Below, piece by piece: positions 1-8,364 of a DNA stretch of 25,998 bases. The stretch covers positions 1 to 25,998 of the forward strand of contig CAKJXZ020000015.1 of the NCBI GenBank assembly GCA_918234285.1. Reading direction: 5' to 3'. Made by a program: the position numbers and the translations under genes. This DNA comes from Pseudomonadota bacterium (GTDB lineage: Bacteria > Pseudomonadota > Alphaproteobacteria > RF32 > CAG-239). Position 1 is the stretch's first letter, and each line of letters starts with the position of its first letter. The notes beneath the pieces were generated by a model, which made no database searches, was not told the DNA's origin, and was given only the letters and a program-made list of their open reading frames with translations.

Positions 1-344
1 GCAAACGCTTCCTTTGCGCCTTCAGCCGAACCGGTCACGGTTTTTAATGAGCCGGATAGGCTTTCAAATTCCTTGTTTATACTGACAATGCCTTTGAAAG
101 TCCGCATTAAACCGCTTGCGCCGAGGTAAGCACCGACTAAACCGGCAGTTTGTTTCAATATACCGTTAAAGGTCTTGACTGTGTCGCTTAAGGCACGCAG
201 ATTGTCATTTGCCGGAGTGATTACTTGCGTAATCTGCCGGAAAGCCTTTTGGCCGTCCGTGCCAAGCGACTTAAATTCGCTCCGCACCTTATCGCCGCCC
301 ACCGCTTCAAGTCTGATTGATAATTTTTTCGCTGTTGCTGTCAT
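1..344 (-). CDS. Tape measure protein, N-terminal part (runs off the window)
   Basis: Manual translation from ATG at 344: MTATAKKLSIRLEAVGGDKVRSEFKSLGTDGQKAF...LKTVTGSAEGAKEAF, open to the edge. It lies directly after the tail chaperone genes. Confidence 0.85.
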   Translation of the reverse strand, partial: MTATAKKLSIRLEAVGGDKVRSEFKSLGTDGQKAFRQITQVITPANDNLRALSDTVKTFNGILKQTAGLVGAYLGASGLMRTFKGIVSINKEFESLSGSLKTVTGSAEGAKEAF

Positions 345-620
345 TTAATCCCTGTTTCATAGCAAAAACGCCAACAGACAACAATTCCGTCAGCGTTTCT
401 TTATCAAAATTCAATGTTTCCGCGATTTTTAAGGCTGTTTCGAGATTCGGCTCGGAGAGTTTTAATAAAACTTCCCACGCTTGATATCCCTCGATTGTTT
501 GCGGCGTTGTTTCGGTATAGCGACATTTGTGGAAAGGACAAAGCAGGTTTAGCTCTGTGCATCCGGAGCAGTAACTTCGCCCGTCACCGAAGTGCCACTT
601 GGCTCGGGCGTAAAGTCGTT
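307..620 (-). CDS. Tail assembly chaperone T segment (gpGT C-terminus, reached by -1 frameshift)
   Basis: Open -1 frame after A AAA AAC (618-624): KRLYARAKWHFGDGRSYCSGCTELNLLCPFHKCRY...IINQT*, with no ATG near its 5' end. Confidence 0.8.
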
Positions 621-1031
621 TTTTTCCGCATCCAGCAATTCACGCAGGCCACAATATTGATTGCGAAAGTTCTCGGCAACCACCCAAAAATTAGAGAAAA
701 GCTCGTCGATTTTAGCTTCCGTCAGCGGTGCGGCTTTCTCGTTGTCTGCCTCTTGAATGCCTTGCCATTCCAAAATACCGGCAATACCTAAGCCGATAAG
801 CAGAAACTTATCCGCCAATGCCTCGCGCTTTACCGGATTTTCGATGTCTTCAGATACGTCCAGTCCGGCATCTTTGTTGGCTTTATATTCTTTGGCCAAA
901 TCTGCCAGTTTTGCATTCATATAGGCTTTGGCCTCGTAAAATACCGCCGATGTGCAAGGCTTAACCTTGACCTTTACGCCGTAGCCAAGTTCTAACCAAT
1001 ACGGCTCTTTGTTAATTTTTAACTTTAACAT
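549..1031 (-). CDS. Tail assembly chaperone (gpG-like)
   Basis: Lies between tail tube and tape measure genes; has a slippery EKN codon run near the 3' end. Confidence 0.8.
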   Translation of the reverse strand: MLKLKINKEPYWLELGYGVKVKVKPCTSAVFYEAKAYMNAKLADLAKEYKANKDAGLDVSEDIENPVKREALADKFLLIGLGIAGILEWQGIQEADNEKAAPLTEAKIDELFSNFWVVAENFRNQYCGLRELLDAEKNDFTPEPSGTSVTGEVTAPDAQS

Positions 1032-1972
1032 TAATAACTCTCCACGTCGTTGATTAGCTTAATCGTCATCATATGACCGAGTTCCTCGCTTTTTGCTCCT
1101 TGGAAGTCATACGAACACTCAATGCCGTTCGGGCCGTCAATAGAACGTTTCGGCTTTGGCAGATAAACTTCGTGACATTCAATCACGAGTTTCATCGTGT
1201 CGGTCAGCTGATAGCCGAGTTCCACATCAACCGGTGTTCCTTCTCGCGCCTTATCAAGCAAGATATTGTCGCCATAGCGGGCGGAAATACTGCCGGACAG
1301 GCTTGCCACACCCAAATCAATCGCTTCAACCAAGCCATCGTTGCGGATGGTTTCGATTTTTTCCAAATTGTTGGAGTATGTGGCACTTGCCGCCGTTATG
1401 TTGGCTAAGAATTCGCCACCGCTCTTGATATAGCCCTGGAACTGTGACACACGAGTGTATTTATAGACATCCGGCGCGGCATCAATCGCGGTTGTTGAGC
1501 CTTTTTCGCATTGCGCCATTAAGTTTAAGGTAACCTGCGCTTCGCCGGAACGTTGGAAGTTAAAGGCAATACTGTTGGCTCTCACACCTAAAAAGCGGAT
1601 AAACTGCGGCACCTCCGGCAAGCCAACTTCAAGCGAATAGCTTGGAATGGCAATTTTACCGCTCTCAAAGGCGTGTGTATAAACACCGTCAGCCTCGGTT
1701 GTGGTTGGTTCACCGAAAATTGCTTTCAGCCAAACGCCGATGTTACGGACATCCACCGGAACAGCCATATCGCCGTCAACGTTGATAACATCTTGGAACG
1801 GCTGTGTCGGATCACGTCCCAAACCCAAGACATTGGATGATAAAAGGTTTTGTTCGCTGTCGAGAGACGATGAAATAAACGGTATTTTGCGATATCCGGT
1901 GTCCGGCATCACGCCGTATTCGCTTTCTTCAGCGATAAGTAATTGGGCATTCCACCCGTATGCACGTGACAT
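1031..1972 (-). CDS. Phage tail tube protein
   Basis: 313 aa; MSRAYGWNAQL...LGLGRDP...LPKPKRSIDGPNGI pattern typical of alphaproteobacterial tail tubes; synteny. Confidence 0.85.
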   Translation of the reverse strand: MSRAYGWNAQLLIAEESEYGVMPDTGYRKIPFISSSLDSEQNLLSSNVLGLGRDPTQPFQDVINVDGDMAVPVDVRNIGVWLKAIFGEPTTTEADGVYTHAFESGKIAIPSYSLEVGLPEVPQFIRFLGVRANSIAFNFQRSGEAQVTLNLMAQCEKGSTTAIDAAPDVYKYTRVSQFQGYIKSGGEFLANITAASATYSNNLEKIETIRNDGLVEAIDLGVASLSGSISARYGDNILLDKAREGTPVDVELGYQLTDTMKLVIECHEVYLPKPKRSIDGPNGIECSYDFQGAKSEELGHMMTIKLINDVESY

Positions 1973-1984
1973 ATTTTTTCCTTT

Positions 1985-2413
1985 CTAAGTTAAATTTGAA
2001 TCTGAAACATATTCCAAAACAATAGGCACAACCGCGCCTTTGATGGTGAAGCCGCCGTCAACCGGCTGTTCGATAAACTCCGGCGGATCGGCGTGCATAT
2101 AATCAATTAAACCGGACAGCGTGACATCAACTTTCAAAATCAAGCCGATTGCCTCCAAAATGCTGTCAAGTTTGGCATCATTGTCGGAATCCTCGACTTG
2201 TTGAATAAGCACTTCAATCTCGGCTTTGTGATGGAACACAAAACACGCCGGAGACAACAGTACATCCGGTTCGCCGATGTTGCCGTCACGAAGCACCACA
2301 AGACCGTTGTCTGGAATTTTGACCGGCAACACGGCATTGCGCTTGACTTCGACATCAGGCAGAGCCGACAGCCGTTCCAATAAAGCATTTAAGACTTGTT
2401 CTCGTTTACTCAT
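1985..2413 (-). CDS. Tail terminator-like (gpU-like) protein
   Basis: 142 aa starting MSKREQVLNAL, immediately upstream of the tail tube gene. Confidence 0.7.
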   Translation of the reverse strand: MSKREQVLNALLERLSALPDVEVKRNAVLPVKIPDNGLVVLRDGNIGEPDVLLSPACFVFHHKAEIEVLIQQVEDSDNDAKLDSILEAIGLILKVDVTLSGLIDYMHADPPEFIEQPVDGGFTIKGAVVPIVLEYVSDSNLT

Positions 2414-2473
2414 TGATTTTCCTTTTTTTGCATCCTATATAACTAAAGTACTAATTTTGAGGGCAAAATAACT

Positions 2474-3193
2474 ATGGTAAAAGCAAATACAAAGGATAAA
2501 CAATTGGAAAAAGATATAGATATAGACAATGAAATAAATTCATGTGAACAAATGCGACAAGAAAGCATAAAATCACACGATAAATTACTAATATCTTTAT
2601 CATCTGGGGCATTAACACTTTCTCTCGCTATATATGATAAACTTTATACGGGTATTCATCCGTATTTTTTAGTTTGTTCGTGGTGTTTATACTTTACTTC
2701 ACTTCTTTCAACTTTGTTTTCCTTTTTCTCAGCCCAAAAGTTATTCGATTCTCAAATATTATGCTTAAATGCGATCAGAAATAATGAACCATTTAGCAAT
2801 CTTAAATTCAGAATTTTTCGTTCTATCACTGTTTGGTTAAATAGAATAGCATTGGGAACTTTTTTGATTGCTTCTATCTTATTTCTGATTTTTACCTCAT
2901 CTAATTTATTAAATAGGAATACCGATATGACTGATAATCAAACAATAGCTCAAGATGGCTTAATATCAAACTCATCCATGCAGAATGATATTTTGAAAGA
3001 AGGATTGCTTCCTAATACTCATTCAGCAAAAATTATTGATACTTATGTAAAACAAGATGTTCAGACACAAAAACCCGTTCATATAATTGAGAATGGCTTA
3101 ACACCAAGTTCTATATCTACAACTATAATCTCGGGGAATCCAAAGCCTCAGCCTTCAACACCTAGTCAGCAATCTAAAGAACAGAGTAAATAA
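2474..3193 (+). CDS. Moron: hypothetical membrane protein with ~3 hydrophobic segments and a low-complexity C-tail
   Basis: Visibly AT-rich, opposite orientation to the late operon; hydrophobic stretches LLISLSSGALTLSLAI, FLVCSWCLYFTSLLSTLFSFF, IALGTFLIASILFLIF. Confidence 0.75.
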   Translation: MVKANTKDKQLEKDIDIDNEINSCEQMRQESIKSHDKLLISLSSGALTLSLAIYDKLYTGIHPYFLVCSWCLYFTSLLSTLFSFFSAQKLFDSQILCLNAIRNNEPFSNLKFRIFRSITVWLNRIALGTFLIASILFLIFTSSNLLNRNTDMTDNQTIAQDGLISNSSMQNDILKEGLLPNTHSAKIIDTYVKQDVQTQKPVHIIENGLTPSSISTTIISGNPKPQPSTPSQQSKEQSK

Positions 3194-3766
3194 CTACTCA
3201 TCTTTCCAGTTTCTCATGATTAGTGTTGGAACTTGCGCCTGCCATTTTTCGCTTTCGGTTTCAAAGTTTATCAGCTTCGGCATTTTGACTTGCGGTACCA
3301 GAATAAAAGCGATAATCGTTTTTTTACGCTGTTCATGCACTAAAAACGATGCGCCGTTCGCCCGATAAATAAAGCGCAGGCGCACACCTTTCCATTTTTC
3401 ATAAAGAGCCGGTGTCATACGCTTATTAAACACACGTTTCTTTATGGCCAAAGTCGGTATGGCGAGCCAAAAGCCGCTTTGTGAACGAATAACCGAGGCA
3501 TACTCAAAGCCCTCAAGGATTTTTTGTGCCTTGGTATAAACCACACCGGCCGCCGAAATGCTGTTCTTGGCTTTCGGATAAATGTCTCCGCGCCAAGTGT
3601 TGGCAAGCCGTGAGCCGAGTTTTGCCGCTTTAACTTGCGACCGAAGCGAGAGCTTCAGACCGTTGGTTGCGGTTTTAATACCGGTTGTGACGGCTTTGGC
3701 GGCATTTTGATACTCCTTATCCAAGAGTTCATCAAGTTTTCCCTCTAAGGCCGCTTTTAAGTGCAT
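3194..3766 (-). CDS. Neck/minor tail protein (DUF6441 / gpZ-like)
   Basis: Basic protein with LGSRLANTWR and GFWLAIPT motifs; probable start MHLKAALEG at 3766; synteny. Confidence 0.7.
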   Translation of the reverse strand: MHLKAALEGKLDELLDKEYQNAAKAVTTGIKTATNGLKLSLRSQVKAAKLGSRLANTWRGDIYPKAKNSISAAGVVYTKAQKILEGFEYASVIRSQSGFWLAIPTLAIKKRVFNKRMTPALYEKWKGVRLRFIYRANGASFLVHEQRKKTIIAFILVPQVKMPKLINFETESEKWQAQVPTLIMRNWKDE

Positions 3767-4050
3767 AAGTCGCAACTCCAAATCAGTTTGTGAATATCCT
3801 TGATCGGCTCGGAATGCACCGTAAACGTTTCGTCGTCGGTGTCAATCTTGTCACCGATTTTGAGTTCAGGCGCGTCAGATATCCGTATCCGCCCCCGATG
3901 AGACGGGGAATGAGCTTGTACAAAGCCCACACCCACAATCTCATCAGGTTCGGTCAGGATAATCCGAATAGCCTTATTTTTGTACGTCGCCGGTTGTCCC
4001 ATCTGGTTGAACAGGCTGTCTGTCGCCATTTTCATCGGATTTATCGCCAT
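3757..4050 (-). CDS. Head-tail joining protein (gpFII-like)
   Basis: 97 aa, beta-rich, ending ...IHKLIWSCDL; position in the neck module. Confidence 0.7.
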   Translation of the reverse strand: MAINPMKMATDSLFNQMGQPATYKNKAIRIILTEPDEIVGVGFVQAHSPSHRGRIRISDAPELKIGDKIDTDDETFTVHSEPIKDIHKLIWSCDLCT

Positions 4051-4219
4051 CTTCTTCGGTCTCCGTGTTTGTCGGCGGTGTGTTTTTCTTTAAGCTCTCG
4101 GCATAGCCAAGCGAAATGAGGCGTTTTGCCTCGCTTTCGCTGACATCGCAAACGCTTTTCGGTGCAAATTGCTTACCTTTGCTTACCACCAACGTGATTA
4201 ACGCTCTTACTTTTGCCAT
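3974..4219 (-). CDS. Small head-associated protein (gpFI-like position)
   Basis: Directly after the major capsid gene, GGAGG RBS, EAKRLISLGYA helix and acidic tail. Confidence 0.6.
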   Translation of the reverse strand: MAKVRALITLVVSKGKQFAPKSVCDVSESEAKRLISLGYAESLKKNTPPTNTETEEDGDKSDENGDRQPVQPDGTTGDVQK

Positions 4220-4230
4220 GTGCGCCTCCG

Positions 4231-5259
4231 TTAGCCGATGTTAACAAACATGGAAGCGTTCGGGCGGTACGGAACAACCAGCGGTGCGGACTGCAACAAC
4301 AGCCAACGAACCGACGGATCTTCCTCAACCCATGACTTCGTGAAGTAGCGATGAGCCGTCCAGTTGGCTTTTTCATCGTGAATTGCGCCGTAACAACGCG
4401 TTCCCTCCAAGCCGTCACGAGAGCCTAAAATAACGGTCTTTTCTGGCAAGAGTTTGCAAGTCACGCCTTTATCGTCGATGTAGGTGTCGTTATAAACCCA
4501 AATTGCAAAGTCACCGATAGAACCGGCATAGCGGGCTTTTTCGTTTTCGCTGATGATATGCGGATCAATGTTGATGGTGTTGTTGGTGCCGCGGCGAATG
4601 TCTAAATACTTCTGAACAATCGGATTTGAACGGAAGATTTTCCAAGCTTGCGGGTCCATTACCACGGTTTTGGCGACCACACCAGACTTGTCTTGAACGG
4701 TAATTGCCCAATCTTCCAAGTCATCTACCGGATTAACATTGGAGTTTTCCCATGTCGCTGAACCGGTCAAAGCCTTGGTTAATTCCTCATCACGTCCAAA
4801 ATCAACGGTTTGCGCCGGATATCCGTCACCGGAAACAATAACCTTGCCGGTGCGCAAAATTTCCGCCGCCATAACTTCCTCACGGCGTGTCAGGTTTTCG
4901 AGTTGGTCGTTCAAATGCGTGGCAAGAGCTCGTTCATAGCGTTGGTTGTTTGATAAACTGCCGCCGATGGTTTCTCCGGCCAAGCGTTTGAACGGAATGT
5001 TGGCATCAAAGCGGCGTTTATCTTTAACATAAGCCGGTTTGAACGATTTGGTTTGATATCCGCCGCCGTCAACAACTTTGCCAGGAAGTAGCGGCGATAC
5101 AAACGGCGAAATGCGCGGTTTGCTGTCGGTAATATCAAAGAAGATTTCCTCTTTTTCGGAGGTTTGCACGTTCGGAAAGAACGTATCAAGCAAAAAAGAA
5201 GGTGGAGTATGTAACCGCTCCACCACTTTTGAAAGGACTTGAGTTGAAAAAATATCCAT
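4231..5259 (-). CDS. Major capsid protein (lambda gpE family)
   Basis: 342 aa; FLLDTFFP, PFVSP, FKPAYVK, LLQSAPL motifs. Confidence 0.93.
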   Translation of the reverse strand: MDIFSTQVLSKVVERLHTPPSFLLDTFFPNVQTSEKEEIFFDITDSKPRISPFVSPLLPGKVVDGGGYQTKSFKPAYVKDKRRFDANIPFKRLAGETIGGSLSNNQRYERALATHLNDQLENLTRREEVMAAEILRTGKVIVSGDGYPAQTVDFGRDEELTKALTGSATWENSNVNPVDDLEDWAITVQDKSGVVAKTVVMDPQAWKIFRSNPIVQKYLDIRRGTNNTINIDPHIISENEKARYAGSIGDFAIWVYNDTYIDDKGVTCKLLPEKTVILGSRDGLEGTRCYGAIHDEKANWTAHRYFTKSWVEEDPSVRWLLLQSAPLVVPYRPNASMFVNIG

Positions 5260-5270
5260 TTATATGCTCC

Positions 5271-5612
5271 TTAGTATGGTTGGTTTTCTTTTACAAAAAT
5301 GCTTTTGGCACGGAGTTTGGCGATAAGCGTGTCAATCTCCGCGTTGGCCTTAAGCGCGGCTTTGTTAAACTCGCCGGTCAAATACACCACCGCTTCCTTG
5401 TCTTCGTCAGAGGCATCAACGGTTTCCGCCAAAATTGCCTCCGGAGCGGATGTGCTAATGGTGTATTTGCCGCTGTTGTTAATTCCTAAAACTGTGCCGC
5501 GTTCATATTTACCACCGGTAATCGGCACTAACATTGAAACGCGCGGAAACTCACCGGCAAGCAGGTTGTCGGCTTTGGTTTCGCCCTGATCAGTAAATCC
5601 TTGTGCTACCAT
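5271..5612 (-). CDS. Head decoration protein (gpD-like)
   Basis: 113 aa between protease and capsid; RGTVLG...AILAE...VYLTGEFN. Confidence 0.85.
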   Translation of the reverse strand: MVAQGFTDQGETKADNLLAGEFPRVSMLVPITGGKYERGTVLGINNSGKYTISTSAPEAILAETVDASDEDKEAVVYLTGEFNKAALKANAEIDTLIAKLRAKSIFVKENQPY

Positions 5613-5613
5613 G

Positions 5614-5925
5614 TTATTCTCCCTTAGCTAACGAGGCGATGCGGTCAGCCACAGCCTCAACGGTTTCTTCTTGTGCTTCCGCGGCCGGTTGAATGTCCGG
5701 ATTTCTCAGTTCATTCATTGCCGCTTCAAAAGCGTTTGGTTTGGTATTTGGAATAGTATCCAAAATGGTTAGAATGTTGGCGGCCGATAAATCAGTCATC
5801 GCCAACAATGCGTGGGCTGTGGTTTCCTTGCCGCGGCTTGAATCGCTGGCAAAAACCGCCGCCATACGCTCGCGCTCGGCTTTTTTAACATCCTCCGCGC
5901 TTACTTGGTTTTGTTCATCATTCAT
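5614..5925 (-). CDS. Putative nested scaffold protein (Nu3-like, internal in-frame start)
   Basis: GGAG at 5935-5938, 9 nt before in-frame ATG 5925 (MNDEQNQ...); analogous to lambda C/Nu3. Confidence 0.55.
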   Translation of the reverse strand: MNDEQNQVSAEDVKKAERERMAAVFASDSSRGKETTAHALLAMTDLSAANILTILDTIPNTKPNAFEAAMNELRNPDIQPAAEAQEETVEAVADRIASLAKGE

Positions 5926-6717
5926 GAATGTTTTCTCCATATTAAGGCTTGAAACGATATCCTCGAATGAGGATAAGCCGTCCGCCAAGCCGTTACGGAC
6001 GGCATATTGTCCAACAGAAACGTCTCCCGCGCCGAACTCTTTGACCACATCCACCGCCGTAATGCCGCGATTACGCGCCACTTTAGCGATGAATACTTCA
6101 GCAAGCTCATCAACACGTGCCTGTATTTTAGCTCGTCCCTCATCGGTGTTGACATCCGGCCGTTTGTTCGGCGATTGACTTGATACAATTTCGATGGTTT
6201 TGGCATCATCGTCCTTTTCAAAGATGGAAACGACACCGATTGAACCCAAAATTGCGGTGTCAGCCGCCAAAATCTTGTCACAGGCCGAAGCTATCCAATA
6301 TGCGCCGGAGCAACACGCACCGGAAGCATAAGCGATTATCGGTTTTGAACCTCTGGCTTTGAAAATCATATCGGAGATTTCCGAGCATCCGTTTACTTCT
6401 CCGCCTGGACTATCTATATCAAGTAAAATTGCTTTTATTTCAGATTGTTGCAAAGCCTTATTAAAGTCTTGCGCAAATAACTCATAAGAGGTTGCACCGC
6501 AAATTCTGGTCATTAAGTTCGCATATCGGAACAATGGACCAGACACTTTAATAACCGCAACGCCGTCTCGAACTGAAACGGCGTTGGTGTTTCTCATTTC
6601 TCTTCCCATTTCTTTGGCGATCGCTTCAGGACTCTTCCTCGTTTCGCTCGCTATTTCGGTCATGGTTTGCAGCATTTCGGGCGTTATTGCCCATATCGTC
6701 TGATTTATTAACTTCAT
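5614..6717 (-). CDS. S49-family capsid maturation protease (lambda gpC-like) with C-terminal scaffold region
   Basis: LDIDSPGG, CSGAYWIAS, GSIGV motifs; position after portal. Confidence 0.92.
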   Translation of the reverse strand: MKLINQTIWAITPEMLQTMTEIASETRKSPEAIAKEMGREMRNTNAVSVRDGVAVIKVSGPLFRYANLMTRICGATSYELFAQDFNKALQQSEIKAILLDIDSPGGEVNGCSEISDMIFKARGSKPIIAYASGACCSGAYWIASACDKILAADTAILGSIGVVSIFEKDDDAKTIEIVSSQSPNKRPDVNTDEGRAKIQARVDELAEVFIAKVARNRGITAVDVVKEFGAGDVSVGQYAVRNGLADGLSSFEDIVSSLNMEKTFMNDEQNQVSAEDVKKAERERMAAVFASDSSRGKETTAHALLAMTDLSAANILTILDTIPNTKPNAFEAAMNELRNPDIQPAAEAQEETVEAVADRIASLAKGE

Positions 6718-8128
6718 TGTATAATCCTAACTCTTGTAATTTGTTTTTCTCACGAAGCCGCTGTTCGAGGACTTCCTCCCAGTCCAAGCCTTGACTGGCA
6801 CATTCTTCTTCCAAAGTTGAAAGCCCGATTTCCATACGGAGCTGGCAAGCCTGAGCTTCCTTAACCGGATCAACCCAACCGCGGCCTGGTCCGATCCACT
6901 TGCACCGCGTGTAAGCGTAGCGGTTTTGGTAGAAGTCCGGTGCATCAATCAAGCCTTTGTTGACGGCTTCTTCCAAGAAAAGTTCGTAAACCGGCGTTGC
7001 CCAAGTGTTGGCAAGCCAAGCTCTGCGCCCGTTGAAAAACCGCCAAGCTTCAAGCAAGGCGGCACGAGCTGAAGAGTAGTTCGTTTTTGAAAAGTCCTTT
7101 AACAGCAACTCATACGGGATATTTAAGCCCGTGCCGATGTGGCGAAGAACATTTTCAATAAAGCTTCCGTAGGCGGAATTCGGTCGGCTCGGCGTGAACG
7201 GCGCAATCTTATCGCCAGGGAATATCGGAATAATCGAGCCACCCTCGAGTTTGACTTTCCAATCCTTTTTAGCGTTCAAATAATCATTGCTGTCGCCGCC
7301 GAACAACTCGTTCAAACCCTCGGCATCCATCGGCGTTTCGATAAATGCGGCTATCATCGCGTTAACAATAGCCGCTTGAAGCTCAGACCGCTCGTAGTGG
7401 TCAAGCATTTTGAACATCGGCATAATTGAAGTCAAAATCGGCTTTCCCTTAGTCTGTCCGATACGCTCGACATCGTGAACGTGCAAAACCCGTCGTCTGC
7501 CGAAATCGGTATAAGCCGGAATACGCTCCCAAGTATCAGTCGCACCGCCGATCCAATAATCGCCTGGGTGGTTTTTGCGGATGTGATATGCCACCGGTGC
7601 GCCGTAGCGGTCAATTTCAATTCCACCGCGCATGGTTTTCGTATCCATCGCATTGTTCGGATTTGATAACCGGTCAGGCTCTACCAGCTGAATACAAGTG
7701 GCAAATTTCCGATCTTTGAGCCATAGCGGCAAGGCAATCGCTTCGCCGTTTATCAGGCAGGACTTGAAAACAAGCGTGGTTAAACCGTGAAAATTAAGCG
7801 TATTGGCGGCATCGCAAGCGGTTGTTTCCGCCCATGAACGCCATAAGCTCTCAACTTTGCTTTGCCATTCTTCCTCCCATTCCTTGGTTTTGCCGAGAAG
7901 TTTATAATCAGGTTTAGCCGATAACCTGAACCCGACACCGACGATGTTGTCGTTCAAGGTCTGTATCGCACCGGCCGCCACACCGTGGTTACGCGCCAAA
8001 TCTCTTGAACGCGAGACAATGGTGGACAGCTCCGGCAATAAATCATTATCCGCCGAACCTTGCGTCGGTTGCCATGAAGAAAGCTCTCGCGCCGTTATTG
8101 ATGCTGAACTATGTGCTGTATCTGTCAT
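6626..8128 (-). CDS. Portal protein, lambda family
   Basis: 500 aa; RSRDLARN, NYSSARAALLE, GRGWVDPVKEA motifs. Confidence 0.93.
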   Translation of the reverse strand: MTDTAHSSASITARELSSWQPTQGSADNDLLPELSTIVSRSRDLARNHGVAAGAIQTLNDNIVGVGFRLSAKPDYKLLGKTKEWEEEWQSKVESLWRSWAETTACDAANTLNFHGLTTLVFKSCLINGEAIALPLWLKDRKFATCIQLVEPDRLSNPNNAMDTKTMRGGIEIDRYGAPVAYHIRKNHPGDYWIGGATDTWERIPAYTDFGRRRVLHVHDVERIGQTKGKPILTSIMPMFKMLDHYERSELQAAIVNAMIAAFIETPMDAEGLNELFGGDSNDYLNAKKDWKVKLEGGSIIPIFPGDKIAPFTPSRPNSAYGSFIENVLRHIGTGLNIPYELLLKDFSKTNYSSARAALLEAWRFFNGRRAWLANTWATPVYELFLEEAVNKGLIDAPDFYQNRYAYTRCKWIGPGRGWVDPVKEAQACQLRMEIGLSTLEEECASQGLDWEEVLEQRLREKNKLQELGLYNEVNKSDDMGNNARNAANHDRNSERNEEES

Positions 8129-8364
8129 TAAAAACTAACCTTTATAATTTTGCGTTTTAACACCGGAGTGCCTTCTGCTTCCGCCAATTGCGATTTTAAG
8201 TCGGCAATGTAGGCTTCCAAAGCCGTCCGGCTCGTTTGGTTATAGGTTACCGCGCCGAAGTTGCCGACGTTGACCGAAACTTCTTTTGCGCCGATGAGGA
8301 GCTTGTGATATGCTTCTTCCGCCTCGGCAAGCCGTGTTTTTATCGTTTCTTTATCTAAAGCCAT
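8128..8364 (-). CDS. Head-to-tail joining protein gpW
   Basis: 78 aa between terL and portal; LAEAEEAYHKLLIG...VTY. Confidence 0.85.
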   Translation of the reverse strand: MALDKETIKTRLAEAEEAYHKLLIGAKEVSVNVGNFGAVTYNQTSRTALEAYIADLKSQLAEAEGTPVLKRKIIKVSF

